From Lingula anatina (taxonomy: Eukaryota; Animalia; Brachiopoda): a DNA stretch of 64,000 nucleotides. Within the stretch, counting starts at the first letter, position 1. Each line of letters begins with the position of its first letter. The DNA is taken from assembly GCA_051362555.1 (NCBI GenBank), contig CM120640.1:46850788-46914787 (forward strand), read 5' to 3'. Below the pieces are notes generated by a model. It did no database searches and was not told the origin of the DNA. It was given only the letters and a program-made list of their open reading frames with translations. Shown here one piece after another: positions 24,057-39,200 of this stretch. The position numbers and the translations under genes were made by a program.

Positions 24057-27000
24057 GTGTGTGTGTAAACTGTGCTTGAATAGCTTGATTAACTTCCTTA
24101 ACTGGCTCTTCTCAGGCATGTATGATTTAGCAGTGAAGCAGACATTTATATTAGTCAAAATTGTAGTAGTTGTGAAAGCTGTAGTGTACAGCAGAGCTCA
24201 ATGGCACAATTTGAAGCATTTTTTTCTTTATATGTAACCTTGGTTAAGCAAAAGCTACCAATCAGCAATAAATTAAAAATTCCATTTTCAGACATAAGAT
24301 TAAAAGGTAAAAGGAAAGCATGTATTGTTTAGATAAAGAGGTTAACTGCCACTGAAAAGGTAAAGGGTAGGGAAAAAAGGAGAACAAGTGAGAAGCAGGT
24401 AACTGGGATTTTTATAACAGATGGGTGGGAAAGGAATAATGTACTCTACCTTTCACTAGAACACGTAATTGGAAAATAAAGATTTAAGAAAGATCAAAAC
24501 ACTAACAAGTTGAGTAACAGAGATTAGGGAAAAGAAAAAAAAACATCATTTACATACAATCAAAATCCTATACATCTACTGCTACCCTATAAAATACATT
24601 AATTCATTTCTGTGCTACATATTTTTAAAAAATCTACATTAATTCTAAGTACCTTGACTAGCAACTCTTCAAACAAAGCAAGTATTCAACAAAATCACAC
24701 TACTGAATAAAAAATATTCTACAGTATTCAAGTACAGAACTATGATCATCACTCCAAAACACCAAAACAAAAAAAAATCATTTTACCAAAAAATGGACAA
24801 ATGAATATGGACCCTTTGAGTTATTTGTTGCTTACCTTGTAGATTAAGGGTAATGTTTGCATTGCTTTCACCCAGAGCATTCTTTACATTGCATTTGTAA
24901 GTGCCACCATCCTCAGCTTTAGGTTCCTGAAGAGATGGACAAGGTATATACACATGAGTGCAACTGGTTATACCATACACTAATTATTATAACTGACAAA
25001 AGTATCAACAGATTTCTAGACAAGAGCCAGAAATGTCATTAATTTTTTTATCAATTCATTCAATCATAGTTTACCCATTTATGCATCAAAATTTCCAACA
25101 ATATACACACATGCAATACAGGAGTTCTAGATCTGTACCTTAATATCTAAATACAACCAATAGGTATTGGCCTCAGCTTCTACCATCCTGACAGAGTATC
25201 TGCCGCTGGAAGTTACGACAGTTGTTCCCCGAAACCATTGGACTTCCGGTGCTGGTGCTGCCTCAACCAGGCAACTCATGATCAGCGTTTTCCCCTCCTG
25301 CTTGATGGAGGGTTTCTGTTTGAACTGTGGAGCCTTGCCTTCCCTAGAACACCAAGAATATAGTGTCACTTTATAAATTTAAACAAAAAAACAATTATAA
25401 TTTCCAAGCAAGTGTGAAGCCCTGTCTTTCTTAAGCCTTACTTTCGTATCAAGTTATGGTCATGATTAAGGATAATGATATAATAAAACACAAACTATAT
25501 GAAGCAGTTGTATTTTCCATATTTAACCATTATGCCATTACCAATATTATTCTAAATCTGATAAAAGTGTTGTCTTCTAGCTGTTAAGGTTATCTGCTGC
25601 AATATTGGTATTGTATTCATCATGTCATTATGACTGATACAATGGTGTTTTTCCTCAATGTGTTCCTACATCTGTTACCATAGTCATAGATACATTTTGT
25701 TTAAAAATCCCTCATTCAACATTTTCAGCAATTTTTAGCCAAAAGTACAGTGTCTTGAAACATGCATTAGTGCAAAAAAGTTTCTTGTATATGGTAAGGC
25801 ATATCTCTTCTATGGCAAGAGCATCCTAGCCAAATGCAGAATGAAAAGGTTATCAATGTATTTTGCTTTACACAGTTACATGTACATAATGGATCTTTCC
25901 GTTTTCCAACTCCAATCTAGTTTATAAGCATTATAATTGCTTAGATAATGTTCTTTAATGCATTTGTGAATTGGACAAATGTGAAGGTGACAGACAATGC
26001 CATTACCAAATTAAGTATTGACTGCTGATGGTACTGTGGATTTTTTCCAATCAAAGTAAAGGTACCACACATCAAACAGATGACAATAGTGTCATTGATA
26101 GCGATTTGTCAACTTGTGATGTTATCCTAGAGGACATAGGCATTCAGACAATGAATTATATAATAAAACTATTGCAGAGTTTGCCTTTAGTTAATGCATT
26201 ATTTTGCAAACCTCAGAAGGGAGATTTCTATCTAGGCTACACCTCAGTTGACATCACCTTTTTTGGGGTCGACAAAACAACACATTTGACCTCAGTTTAG
26301 AATTGTATCAAAACTCCTTATCTTAACATCTCAGAGCACTTAATAAAATTTTTAGTTATTTTTTAGCAAGTATTTTATTTTTTCCTTGTGATGCAGCCTG
26401 TGTAAGTTGTGGTTCACTTCTAGTTAGCAGACTGCCAAATATTCAAACACTTGTGGTAAAAATAACTGGCAACACCTAACTTGGTATCTAAGCACCTTAT
26501 CTGTATTTTCACCTAGAAGTAGTACCTGAGGAACATTCCATGAGTATCCTAAGGCACAGATGTTACTGTCAATGCTTAGCATGCATTCATTATTTTATCC
26601 CAAGATTCTAGAAAACAACTTTAACCAACAGATTTAAGTTTGTTTTGGAATGTTTTGTTTTGCTTTCAAACTACACTGAGTCTCATATCTAAGTATGCTA
26701 CCCGTGCCTTCACCTGAAACAAATCTTATGCACAACAACGTTATAAGGAACATTCCATGTATATCTGAAGGCAACAGTGTACCTGTCAGGGCAGGGCATG
26801 CACCCACTTTTTTGTCCTAAGGAAGCAATTTGCGTAAAAAGGTTGATTTTGTGTTGGAATACTAAACTCACACTGGTTTGTTTTTACGGACAATTTGCAG
26901 CCTGATTTACCTGGTAGTATGCAACTCCACCAAAAATATTAGGTGTGATCAATCAAAGGAATATTTGACTTTGTTTCCATCGATTCCAAGATTTCTTAGG

Positions 27001-30000
27001 AACAGATAGCAGCATGCCTACCAAAACTTTTCTCTTCCCTTAACTTTTGGGTTGCTGCATATATGTGTACCTATGAAAATGTTCTATTTTGATCTAAGTG
27101 GCATTGCAGTTTCTAAAAATAACAGCAGGAATATCCAATGCTGCACCATGGGCACGGCAGGGCATAAAGTAATTTACTTGTGAAATACTGATAAAAAAGC
27201 AATAAGTTGGAAAACAAATATGTGACTTTCCAGTGGTTAGAAGCATACAATAATCTGTTAAACATTTTTTAAATATCAATCAAATTATTTCTAAATTGGT
27301 CATTTTTTAATGAAATCACTAATAGGAAAGACATTTTTCAAATGTATGTTCAATGTTCTGCACCCACCTATTCAAAAAGAAATAAATAAAAGGGAGACAG
27401 AGAGATGAACATGCTGAAAGCCTAGAAAATGATCTGATGTGCAGAATTTCACAATGGAAAGACCAACAAAAAACTAAAATAACATGCTATCTGGCCAACA
27501 AATATATCAGTTATTCATTCATAGCCTTAAGTGTTCCACTGTTGGACAAATGTCTCAGCATGCCTCTTCCTGTGTTTTCTGTTACAATACACCTGCTAAA
27601 TTCCAAGGATAATCAAGGTCCAATCCTTAAATTCATAGTCTATCATTAAAAATAAGATATCCTCAACAGTTAAAATAATAGTACTTCAGCCTATTCCTCT
27701 ACTATCAAGAAAACAACCCCCAAACTTCACAACTCCTGTGACTTATTATGTACCACACCTGCTCCAAGATATACAGGAATGCATGTGCAAAAACATCAGA
27801 GAATCTCCCAACAGACAGAAATAATACCTATTCTATCAAATAATAAGACAATGAACACAACCAACTCTGCAGAAATCTAGACTTGTAAACCCTTATGCAC
27901 TCCACCTACTAAGAGGTCTTCTTGAACTGTCTTACTGTGCATTGATCCAACTTCATAAAAAAATTAAATCTTTGAAAAAAGAAAAAAACACAGATTATGA
28001 CCACCTCTACTCCCCACTGTGTGTAATAACATGCTAGATGAGGCTTTCAATATCAGGTAACAAAACCAAGTATGGTGAGAAAGGTGAGCATAGATTCAAC
28101 ACTACTATTTACTACGGGTAACACATGTTGAAGCTTTATCGAGGAGGTCCAGGTGAAAATCTACTTGATAATATCTGTCTATAGATCTTTGTATATTTAC
28201 ACATTATTTATTTACATATATATATATATATTGATTCTGAACATACTTGTATGTACAGCGTGTTAATATTTCTTTAAAAAACACATGGGCAATAACGTGA
28301 TCAGTGGCAATGTCATGTATGGACAGAAAGATGCCCTCAATTACATGTGTAAAAAGGAGGGTGGTTCCAAGGAATCCAGCGATATTCATCTGCCACTACT
28401 CAATAAATTTGGTGTTCACATCAACAAAAAAGTTTAAAGACAGTCTCAGCGCGTTAAACCCTTAAAATAGCACGAAAATGAATTTTCCTGGAAATCTCAC
28501 CAATTTCCCCATAATGACCAAGGTATATCCTATCCAAAACCGTTCAGAAAATGAAGCTACCTAATACCGTTTTTAAGTTCCATTAAATAATAAAAGACGA
28601 CTCGTCTTAAATACTCAGCTGCCACCTCACAGTACGGCTTCAGAACGCGCAATTTCTCGCTAAGTCTCGCGGTTTACTATGAATGAAGTACTACGGCTGA
28701 GACCCGGATGTTACTATTTGGCGCCAAAACAGCAAACATGGCTCAGACGCGCGTCAAGTTTGAAGAGGAGAGCGACCAGAGGGGACGAAAGAAAATAGCC
28801 ACTCCAGTTTGAAAGATACGAAAGAAAATTAGAGACAGACGAAGAAGCACTCAGACTGTGTATGTTGGGAGGGAGGTGGGGCGGTGGAGGACACTTAAAG
28901 CTGAGTTAGGACTCGCATACGAGGCAATGGCGAAACTACTACTCGACACGTGAGTATGCGCTTCACAGGTCTCAAGTGTGTCTGATTATCATATTATCCT
29001 GTTCACAATAAATGACAATATTTGTGCTCACACAAAGTTGATTACGTGTATAAGAGCGTTTTGGGCTTTTCGTTTTCTGTTTTTGATCGGTACATGTACC
29101 GAAAAGATGGACAGGCGGCACTTACATGTCTGACAAGTTTCGCTGTGTAGTCGTGACGTCTATCTCATTCTGACTGAAGCCTGCTGTGATTGGTCGTAAG
29201 CGTGGGAAAATCGAGGTCGTGACCTTGAGCCGGAAGTACTTCTGGCTGTGCTCCGAAATCATGATAAATAGTTTTCGTTTTCTAATTCTTTATTCTAGTT
29301 GTCTTAACAGGACTTTTGTGACCCAGACTTATTAATATAATAATAAACAATCTCACAAAACACAAATCTGATCAAAGTTTTACATAGAACCTGCTTCTAT
29401 ACATTAATCTAACCCACTGAGACTGTCTTTAAGTAACAACACAATATTAATTGGTAGAAGAGGTTAACCATGCTCATTCAGAAAATGCATTTACAAGAGT
29501 CCTTTTGAAATGGCATCATTTAAAAATCACAACAGAGCAGATACACCACTAAAAATAATGATATCAGAAGCAATATAGCACCCAAGTACAGGTAGACAGT
29601 TTTTAAAAGTCAATATGTTAAAACCAAAAAACAAACGCTCAGGCACGGTCAGCTCACGACTCCTATCTTCCAATTCAGTAACAGTTAACATAAACTGATC
29701 CTGGCATAACCGAGCTATTTCGAACAATAAATAATAATATATACTTTAGTGTTTCCTTGCGACCAGGACAGTTGAAGTGGAAACTTGATTTCTCAGCAAT
29801 AGATGATCAAAACCTAAAATAAGAATCTATGTGGAAGCTGTAGTTGGACCCTGGGAATGGAGTAAATTTGGATAAAGCCCTAGGAATGATTGGATCTGGA
29901 TAGAAATCATATCCATTGATATCAGATCTGAAGTAATCTCTGTTTAAATATAAAAATGCATCTTAGAGGTGTGAATTTAAAACCCTTTTAAAATCTTCAT

Positions 30001-32846
30001 ATCTCCCCTTTACTATCTGCAAGTAGTTTGAATACTTTCAGTATTTTTATAGGATTGGACAGGAGGAAGGCAGGGTATAGTGTAGTGCCTTCCATCTTCA
30101 CAAGATACCTTCAAAGTTAATGACTTGGGTTCAATCCAAATTGCCCCTGATAGACCCCTTGCTGGGTTCAATAGACATCAGAGCCTTCCTGTTGCCCTTT
30201 TAGCCATGCTATAACCTTCAACAACCCTTTTCTATGTATGTGAAGTAAGCTGGAAGACAGTCCACTTGTTACAAAAACACACTTCTATAATGCCAAATGG
30301 GATATTTAAAATATAAATATATTTGATAGAATGTCTCCTAGATGGAAGATATCAATCTGACTGGCTTATCTAAACCACACCCTAAGTTAGGTTGTAATTT
30401 ATATCCCACATGGATGTTCTTTATGTACAAAACAGTTAGTTTTGAAATAAACAATGTCACATCCAATGTGAATGAAAAACTGATAACATTACATTAATTG
30501 ATTACATAACTATAGGAAAAAATGCACCTATAATAAAACAAAAACCTCTAAAACCAGAAATATTTGTAAAATAAGATTACAGCTGTGCTGACATCTTTAA
30601 CCATATTAAATAAAGTGGCTTATTTCTATTGAAACTTTTCTAATTCTTCGAATAAAAAAACCCTGACTTTTTCTGTGAAAATTCTTTAAAAAACAACATA
30701 GTTATTGGCAGGAAGTCTTTACTTGAACAGTATGGTAATGAAAACTAGCGTTACAGAAAAATGCCTGACAGTTATCAGGAGATGGTGCTTATACCCCCTT
30801 TACACTGGACGGCGTCCTTTCTGCGACCATGAAATTGGCATCGCTGTGGTCGTAAAAAGGAGGCACGAGCATTGATTTGGTATCAGAATGAATGCTCAAT
30901 GATCGGCCAGTTGTTGGCACGTAAAGTATTATCATTTTTTTACTCTCAAACGGGGCCATATTGCTGGACGCAGAAAGGACGCCGTCCAGTGTAAATGGGC
31001 CCTTAGTGATAACATAAGTCTGAATTATTGGTCTTCATCCACAGCAAGATATCTTCATATACTGATCATGAAGTTAACACTTTTAAAATATTTTTAACAA
31101 AACATTAAGTTTTTTGAAAATAGCAGTGAATTTACTTGAATTGTGGATGTATATAAAGCACCAAATAACTTATGGAACAGTGTATGTATGTACGTGTGAG
31201 TGTATGTGTGTGTATACGCAGGCACGCGTGTACATCTGGATCTCTTTTTTTTTCAAGTAAAATGGCATGAGAAAATTAATTTGACCTTTCAAGTATATGC
31301 ACTTAGGTGAAGATTTGATGATAAAGCTGAACATATATTCCACTAGCTTTCCTATCTTAGAATGTCAGACTTAAGTAAAATGCTCATTTCCCATGACCAT
31401 TATAAACATAAAAAAGTCTGAGAAAAATGCCTCTGAAAGATTTATATCTGCCGTTAAATTGATTGCTTTTGGAGAAATGTAAACTCTACAACTGACAGAG
31501 CTATTTCCAGTTTTACTATCATATCTGCCCTCTGCTTCAGTCCAAAATGAAATTTACTTATTCTTATTGGAAATAAATATCTAACTATCCAGCTATCCTT
31601 CTTCCTCTGAAGCCTCCAACTAATGGCCTGTTATCAAGGAAAAGAAAACAAGATGGCAAAAAAACATGCCAGAATTCAGCATATGATAAACCACTGTCAA
31701 ATTTGTTGTTTAGAAAAAACTTATCTGTTTACAGGGGTTGAAAACAGGGCAAAAAAGCGATATGTGAAATATTTTTTCATCCTATTCAGCTTGGTCAGAT
31801 CTATCCTTAGACCTGCAGAATATTCATGGCATGTGACCTGAGTAGAAACAAGATGGTAAAAAGCACATGTATAAGAACTAATCTACTTCTCTACAAAAAA
31901 TTCTTATGAAATTATTTTGCATAGGAGGATATAATAAACTAAAACACAATTAAAAGCATACTTTATGAGTGGTTCAGTAATCTACCTACATTGAAACATA
32001 TCACGTAATATACAATTATTCACAGGCCTACCCAACTACCAGACTCGGCACCAAATGATCCTGATTTCACCGGTAGATCAGACCACACTACCCATTTTCA
32101 AGGTGTGTGTTGTGTGGTAGTTGGGTAGGCCCGATTCAGATGGTGTTTATCTTGCAATATCAAAGAAAAACGAGGAACTTATTTATTTACTTTGATTGCT
32201 TATCAGAAATTTAATATATTACTTCTACTTTATGCATTCATTCTTCATTAAAGATGCATTTAAAGTCAAAATTTTGCTTAAAACTCAATCAAATGCCACC
32301 ATATAGTTTTTAAATAGTATAACTTGGAGAAAGACCAAACATCATTTCGTAATTCCCAAAATATGATATTTGAATTCTACAAAACGGTGAAGCTATAACA
32401 TGTTTTGAGCACTTATGTACAAAAACAAATGCAAAATTTGAGAACATTATAGTTATTAGGGTAATTGCAATCTAATATCTGATTTTAAAAAATCTTCAGA
32501 TCAACCATTTTCATATCCATTTTTTCCTTGTGGTCAGGCTAAGTAACAATTTTAGTCAGATTCAGTCAAGCAGCAGGGACTGTTTATCTGAGTAAGGTAA
32601 ATACTTGGGTGCAGCTTTCCAGATACTTTGGGCACTTGTTGCTAATTTGTGAAAGGATGAGAGCCCTGCATGTCTGCATTTAACTACCTGGCTGGCTCAA
32701 TGACCTTTGTGCCACCATATAAAATTTCCCAGAGAAAGATAAACCTCAACCTTCAGATATCTAGCCAAGTTTAGGACTAATGTGTAATTGTATACTGGCG
32801 CACCCAGTTCACTTCACCAGGAATACGCACAGTATCAGTTTAATTA

Positions 32847-32881
<35 letters not shown>

Positions 32882-33223
32882 ACATGCCTGTGTGTGCATG
32901 CATATACTTTCCCCTGGAACTTTGAGGGCAGACACCAAAACCAGATATATCAGTCATAATGGTATATATAAAACTATGACAAAAGTTGAGAAGACAAATA
33001 GTACTCACTGTTTAGGTTGCTGCTGTTCAGCTTGACCTGAAATATACAACAACTAAATTCAGCATTTTCAGTATTCCTTTTTTGGATGTATTAATACAGA
33101 AATGAAACAAGTTTCTTCCAAATTATTGTGACATTCTTACCCTGAAATTTACAATACCATCAGGTTAAATTCCCATTGTTGATAAAAACAATATACAATA
33201 ACCAAAGTTAACTACCTACAAAA

Positions 33224-33262
<39 letters not shown>

Positions 33263-36200
33263 ATTCCTATGTGAAAGAAGAGTTACTTTTCTCATGGTGG
33301 GATGGTGGGATGAAAATGCCATTACAAACAGGGATTTAAATATTTTTGATTAATAAAATCAACAGTGAGATATTGTCAATAACTGACTGTAACTATAAAA
33401 TGGAATGGTCATTTGGATTGATGTTAACTGTGGATTTTCAACTGATTTATAAGTTTTGGGAAGAAAAAGATGAAGGGTTTCACAGATTATTTTAATACAG
33501 AACAACATGACAACTTATTCATGGGATAAAGGAAGTTGGGTCTGAATGAATGAAAACACCATTCCTTGGTTGAAATTGTGAACAATAACATAAGGTGATA
33601 ATCAACACACCCAGGTAAACATCATGATCTGGTTATCCCCTTAAGTAAATCAAATTTTGAGGGGGTCAAAGTTGTTTTTTTCAAAACAGAAAAGTATCTT
33701 TTGAGACCTTTTCTTGGTCCTAAAGAGGTCTAAATAGCATCTACACATGGAGCAGCATGTGCAAAAACAGTTGGTATCAAACAAGGGTGTTTTTGCACAC
33801 CAAGTCATAAACTGTAAGTAAACATGTCAGGCACCAAGTTCAACAAAGGGCATCAGAAATGCTTAACTTTTTAAATAAATGCACTTTCATTCATGACAGT
33901 TTTCATCTTAATGTTTGTTTGCTACAAGTTTTCTTTGGTAAAAGCACTTGTCACAACTAAAACAACACAATGTTTCAATTGTGACAGGTGTGCTCATCTG
34001 TCTACTTCCTCCTTTCATTTGGCTCATGAGTAAATGTTGCATTATTCTTTTAGGTATCACAGCATCTGTTAGCAGATAGCTACACAAATATGGTTTTGCA
34101 ACATATACATATACAAATATACATAGATGTATGAATCATTTTAGGATACAGAATTGCACAACAAAGGATAAAGAATAGTACTGACATATGTTTAAAAATC
34201 CAGGTACTGAAAGGATATAGTTATCTTTTCTGTCATGCATAATGGGTGGGTAATATGACATAAGCACCTTTTCACACCCCTTACCTTGTATCCTCATCAA
34301 CATGGTAGTTAGCACTATAAACAAAATTCAATACAGATATTTCATACACAAATAGCCACAAAACATAATAAAGACTACAACCAAACAAAATTGCTTGTGT
34401 TGGGTACATGTATGTGTTCAGGCTTCACTAAGTTCAATTTAGTTGTACAGAGAAATGCTGTAAAATGCCCCTAGGATACTGAAATAATGAAACAAGACAA
34501 AAGCATCTGTGTAGCTTGAACACATTATGCTGAATTTTAAATCTACTTTGTTGCTTAAAAATTACAATGCAGAAAACACCCATTAATGGGTCCCAAATGG
34601 GGTGTCAAAAACAGCATAAGTGATTAAATTGTGCTTCCTACAGGACCAACTGAAATATATATATAACAAAAAGAGATTCATAACTATGGACTGTGTACTG
34701 AACCTATACAACAACCTAGCACAAACCACCTGTCACCTTTCACCTGTGCAGACTTCACAGAATGTTTTCTTTAAATCAAGCTGAGTTAGGACATGCCTTT
34801 CTAACAAGTAGAAATGAAACTGTAAACATTTCATGAACATGAAAGTTTGAATAAATAAATAACATTATATTAATTATGGTTATTATAATTTATGCCAAAC
34901 ATGTAAATGTCACATTTGAGTTTGATTCCCTACTTGAAATTTTATTCTTCAATGACTTTTAAATTAAGCTTTCATCCTCAAACAATTATCCTGGGATGAC
35001 AGGTGGTTAGTTGTCTATCTATAAAAAAAAACATCCAACAAATACATGCCACATATATTATGCCTTGCTACCTACACATAAGACACAAAGTAAAAATAAA
35101 AATGTAAGAAACACAAGAGGTACCTTCAAAGTTGAGGCTCAAAGTAGCATTTGACTCCCCAAGGGCATTTTTGGCACTGACTTTATATTCTCCACCATCC
35201 TCTTTGCTCACATTTGAAATTACATAGCGCAGGGTGTAGTTATTCCCATCTGCGACACTTGTGATCTTGTATCTTCCACCATCTTTGACAACTTTGTCTC
35301 CAAAAAACCAAGTGATCGTAGGCTTGGGATCTGCACTAAGTTTGCATTCAAAGACAATATTTTCTCCCTCTTGCTTGATGACAGGTTTCTGTGTGAAAGA
35401 AGGTCTCTGGCCACGTTTGCCAGGAGCCTCCTCGCCTGAAACGCCAATGCAGGAAATCTAACATGCACAGCTAAAATAATCGAGCTGGGCTTAAGCTAGC
35501 ATATCAAATGCTGACCAATGGATCAGTTCCATTCCCTTTGAGTCATTAAAATTTGATATGTGTAGTTATACTTCAATAAGTTTGCACATTTGGCAAAAAA
35601 GGTTTTCGAAAATTAAGGAAAATTATGCCAGCTCAGCCCAGCTTAGTATCTAAAGAGAAAACAGCTAAAATTGTACAAAAAGAAAAAAGAATTTTTCAAA
35701 TAATAATTTATAAGAGAAAACTCCACAACAGATTTCTAAAAGAAAGTTAGATACATGCTTTTATTCACAGAAATTCTAATTACTCTAAAAAAGACACTAA
35801 CTTCACCTAGAGAATGTTATCCAGTGCCATTTTACACACATGTATGCTTGTAATACTCTCACGGACACTTAAAACAATTAATAATGAACAGTCTAGAATA
35901 CAGGCACAAACTGATAGTCCAGGAAATTGGTGAAAAATTGTGCATTTTTTACCTACAAGCATGAAATTTGGCACACTTATGGACAATAAAATTCTAAGCA
36001 AATTTGGATATATGGGCATGTCTGAAAATTCCAAAATGGCCGTCAAATCCAATATGGCCACCAAAATACCTTTTCAAATTAAAACTTCAAGTACATAGTC
36101 TTCTAATGACTTAAACTATCATATAAAGGTTAGAAAACACCATGGTATGAATCCTTCAGGTGTATTAAATCCAAAATGGCCGCCAAAAGTAAAAAAGCAG

Positions 36201-39200
36201 ACCATTTATTCAAGATTTCCATTTGAATCGGGAATTCATCAAGCACTTAAAACTACAAGCATAAAATTTGGCAGGTTTGTGGAAAATGAAATTCTGAGCA
36301 AGTTTGGATGTATGGGCATATCCGAAAATTTAAAAATGGCCTTCAAATCCAAGATGGCCTCCAAAAATACGGCTTCTAATTAAAACTTCAAGTATATAGT
36401 CTTTTAAGGGCGTAAATATCATACAAAGGTTAAAAAACACCACGGTATGAATTCAGAATCAATATTTGCTTTTTTAGGTGTATTAAATCCAAAATGGCCG
36501 CCAATAGTAAAAAGCACTCTACTAATCCAAGATATCCAGCAGAGTGGTTAATTCATCAAAAACTACAAGCATAGCATTTGGTACAGTTGTAAAACAGGAT
36601 TCCAAGCACTTTTGGATGTATGAGCATGTCTAAAAATTTCAACATATGGCCCCCAAATCCAATATAGCCGACACAAATGCCCGTTCAAATTAAAACTTCA
36701 AGTATATATAATCCTATAATAACTTAAGATAACATTTTATGGTTAGACAAGACTATGGTATGCATGAAGTATCAATATTTGATTCTTTAAGTGTATAGAA
36801 ATCCAAAATGGCCTCCAAAAAAAGAAAAACAGGCCACTCACAGCAGCAGTATGGTGAATTCATCATGCACTTAAAACTACAAGCATGAAAATTGGCTCAA
36901 TTGTACAGAACAGGATTCTAAGCTATTTGTTATATAGGGACATGTCTGAATATTCTAATATGGCCACTAAAACCCTTTTAAAGTAAAAAAAGACTACTAT
37001 ATAATCTGACTGACAACAGTCTTTACTCTTTTTTGGTTTTTCGCTCCTTTAGTTACATTTAGACCCAAATGACCATAAAAAATGGAACAGGACTCCTTTT
37101 GGTCTAGTTGTGACACCACATGCAGCAATTCTATAAATGTCAAGGATATGAAAATGTCAAGGTATTTTCACAAATAAGTTTCAAATTAACGAAAGTTATT
37201 TTATCAAGTAAGTGTTGCACATTTTATGGGCGGTCAACCTTTTACTTTAGTAAATGGACAATATCTCAACAGAGGATATCAGCTAGCTACACCGAAATTT
37301 CTACTTATTTGGTTAAATAATTTTCATTCATTAATGTGTGCCTAGCTTTACTAGTAGCTGTGTTTCCCTCAGCTTTCCCAGTATTTCCTTAAAGCTAAAG
37401 CTTCTACATGTAATCCACTTTCCCCAACAAAATACCAAGAGGCATTGGTCGTCTTTAACACCAGAAAGCATCAGTTTACATGCATGAGGGTCAATAGGAA
37501 TATGAAAGTGTGGTAGGGCATAGTAGTAGATGTAGGTTACTAGTGTGAACCTTTATAGGACCAGTCTTCCAATGCTTCTGACTCAGTTTACATGCATGAC
37601 GGTCCATAGGAACATGAAAGTGTGGAAGGGCATGTTAGTAGATGTAGGTTACTAGTGTGAACCCTTATAGCACCAGTCTTCCAATGCTTCTGACTCCCCT
37701 CACCACAGTTAGCAACTGCACACATAACTACAAACAGATGTGGTAGGAGCTACCTGGTAGATTTTGTAAGCTGGGTAAGTGAATACTCCTCATGGCTTCA
37801 TTCTGGATTGTCCCACAGAGACAATGATGCCGGAAATCTCATGAATTTTTACCTTTCAAAGTCCATATTGCACTAATTTCTTGGTTTAATCCTCAGAATA
37901 CATCGTTTTTTGAAGTTTTATATGTATTAACTGTCTGGAGGATTTTAATTCTTTTATTTTCATGTTCAGTTTTTTGAAAGCATAAATTTGTAACTAAACA
38001 AGTTGCCAAATGATCAAATGAAAACCAAAGTTTGGCGCCTATAGATCAGTGCTTCTTTTTTAGTGCACGAAGTGTTGGATACAGCACGTATCAACACCTG
38101 CCCTCTGTTTGGGGTACAGGTATTTCTTTGCTCATAAATTTTCACTAAATTCTCGGTAGCCATTACTGCGAATGTGCTAAAGCCAATTTTTTAAATAAGA
38201 AGCTTTTCTAATTTACTTTTGAAGCACAAGATAACATCATAACATTATCGAGTGCAAATGTGCCCCGCTTTTAGTACTTTACCAATGAAAAACACCAAAT
38301 TGTTGAGACCTGTATGTTTGATTAGCTGTCATTTTTGTTATATTTATGAGCATTTGATGAAGCGCCATGCACTGATCTAGCTGAAGAATCATAACCAACA
38401 GACAAAATTGGTACACCCCTAGTTTTTTATATTTGCCTCTTTAAGGCTAAGTTATTGTGGTGTTTCTTTCACATTTTATGGATTCTGCACGATACTTTTT
38501 TTTTTCTTAGAAAGGGGGAGTCACTCATGAGTGCCATATAAGAAGATTGCTAACTGGGAATTGATCTAAATGAGAATCCAGAGCAAAAAGTCAAACTACT
38601 TATGTTGGTTTATCAAAAGAATGACTTTTTTCAGTACATAATAAATGTATCATGCTTGATGGTTTTTTAAAAACTCTGTAGCATAGCTCCTGCACAGGTA
38701 GGAATATGCTGATTATACAGGTAGTTTGCAAAGCCCACATGCTTATTCCCGAGTGATTACAATTCAATAGTTGTGGTCTGCTGACTTTTGGAGGCCATTT
38801 TGGAATTTTAAAACCTTAAGTGGCAGATATTGATACTTCATACATACAGTGGTATTTTCTAACCATTAAATGATATTTTTATAAAAGACTATACAAATAA
38901 CTTTCACCTTGAAAGGGTATTTTGGGGGCAATATTAAAATTGGCTGCCATATTGGAATTTTCAGACATGCCCCTATATCCAACGTTGCTTAGAATCATGT
39001 TCTACATAACTGTGCCAATTTTTATGCTTGTAATTGTAAGTGCTTGATGATTTTACAAAACTGCTGCATATTTGGCGCAAGTAAACTGCTTATTTTACTT
39101 TTGGAGGCCATTTTGGAATTCTATACACCTGTAGAAGCGGATATTGATAATTCATTCATAGCATGATATTTTCCAGCTATAAAATGATATTCTAAACCAT

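Noticed and set aside
26480-26880. Degenerate duplication of about 200 bp (GGAACATTCCATG...AAGGCA)
   Set aside because: No splice sites, ORF or termini found; probably an old repeat remnant
30073-30140. tRNA/SINE-like box B (GGTTCAATCC)
   Set aside because: No cloverleaf and no clear SINE body; too degenerate to call
34737-34743. 7-nt 3n+1 microexon candidate (CAG|GTGAAAG|GTGACA)
   Set aside because: Frame-compatible, but the donor is weak and there is no pyrimidine tract
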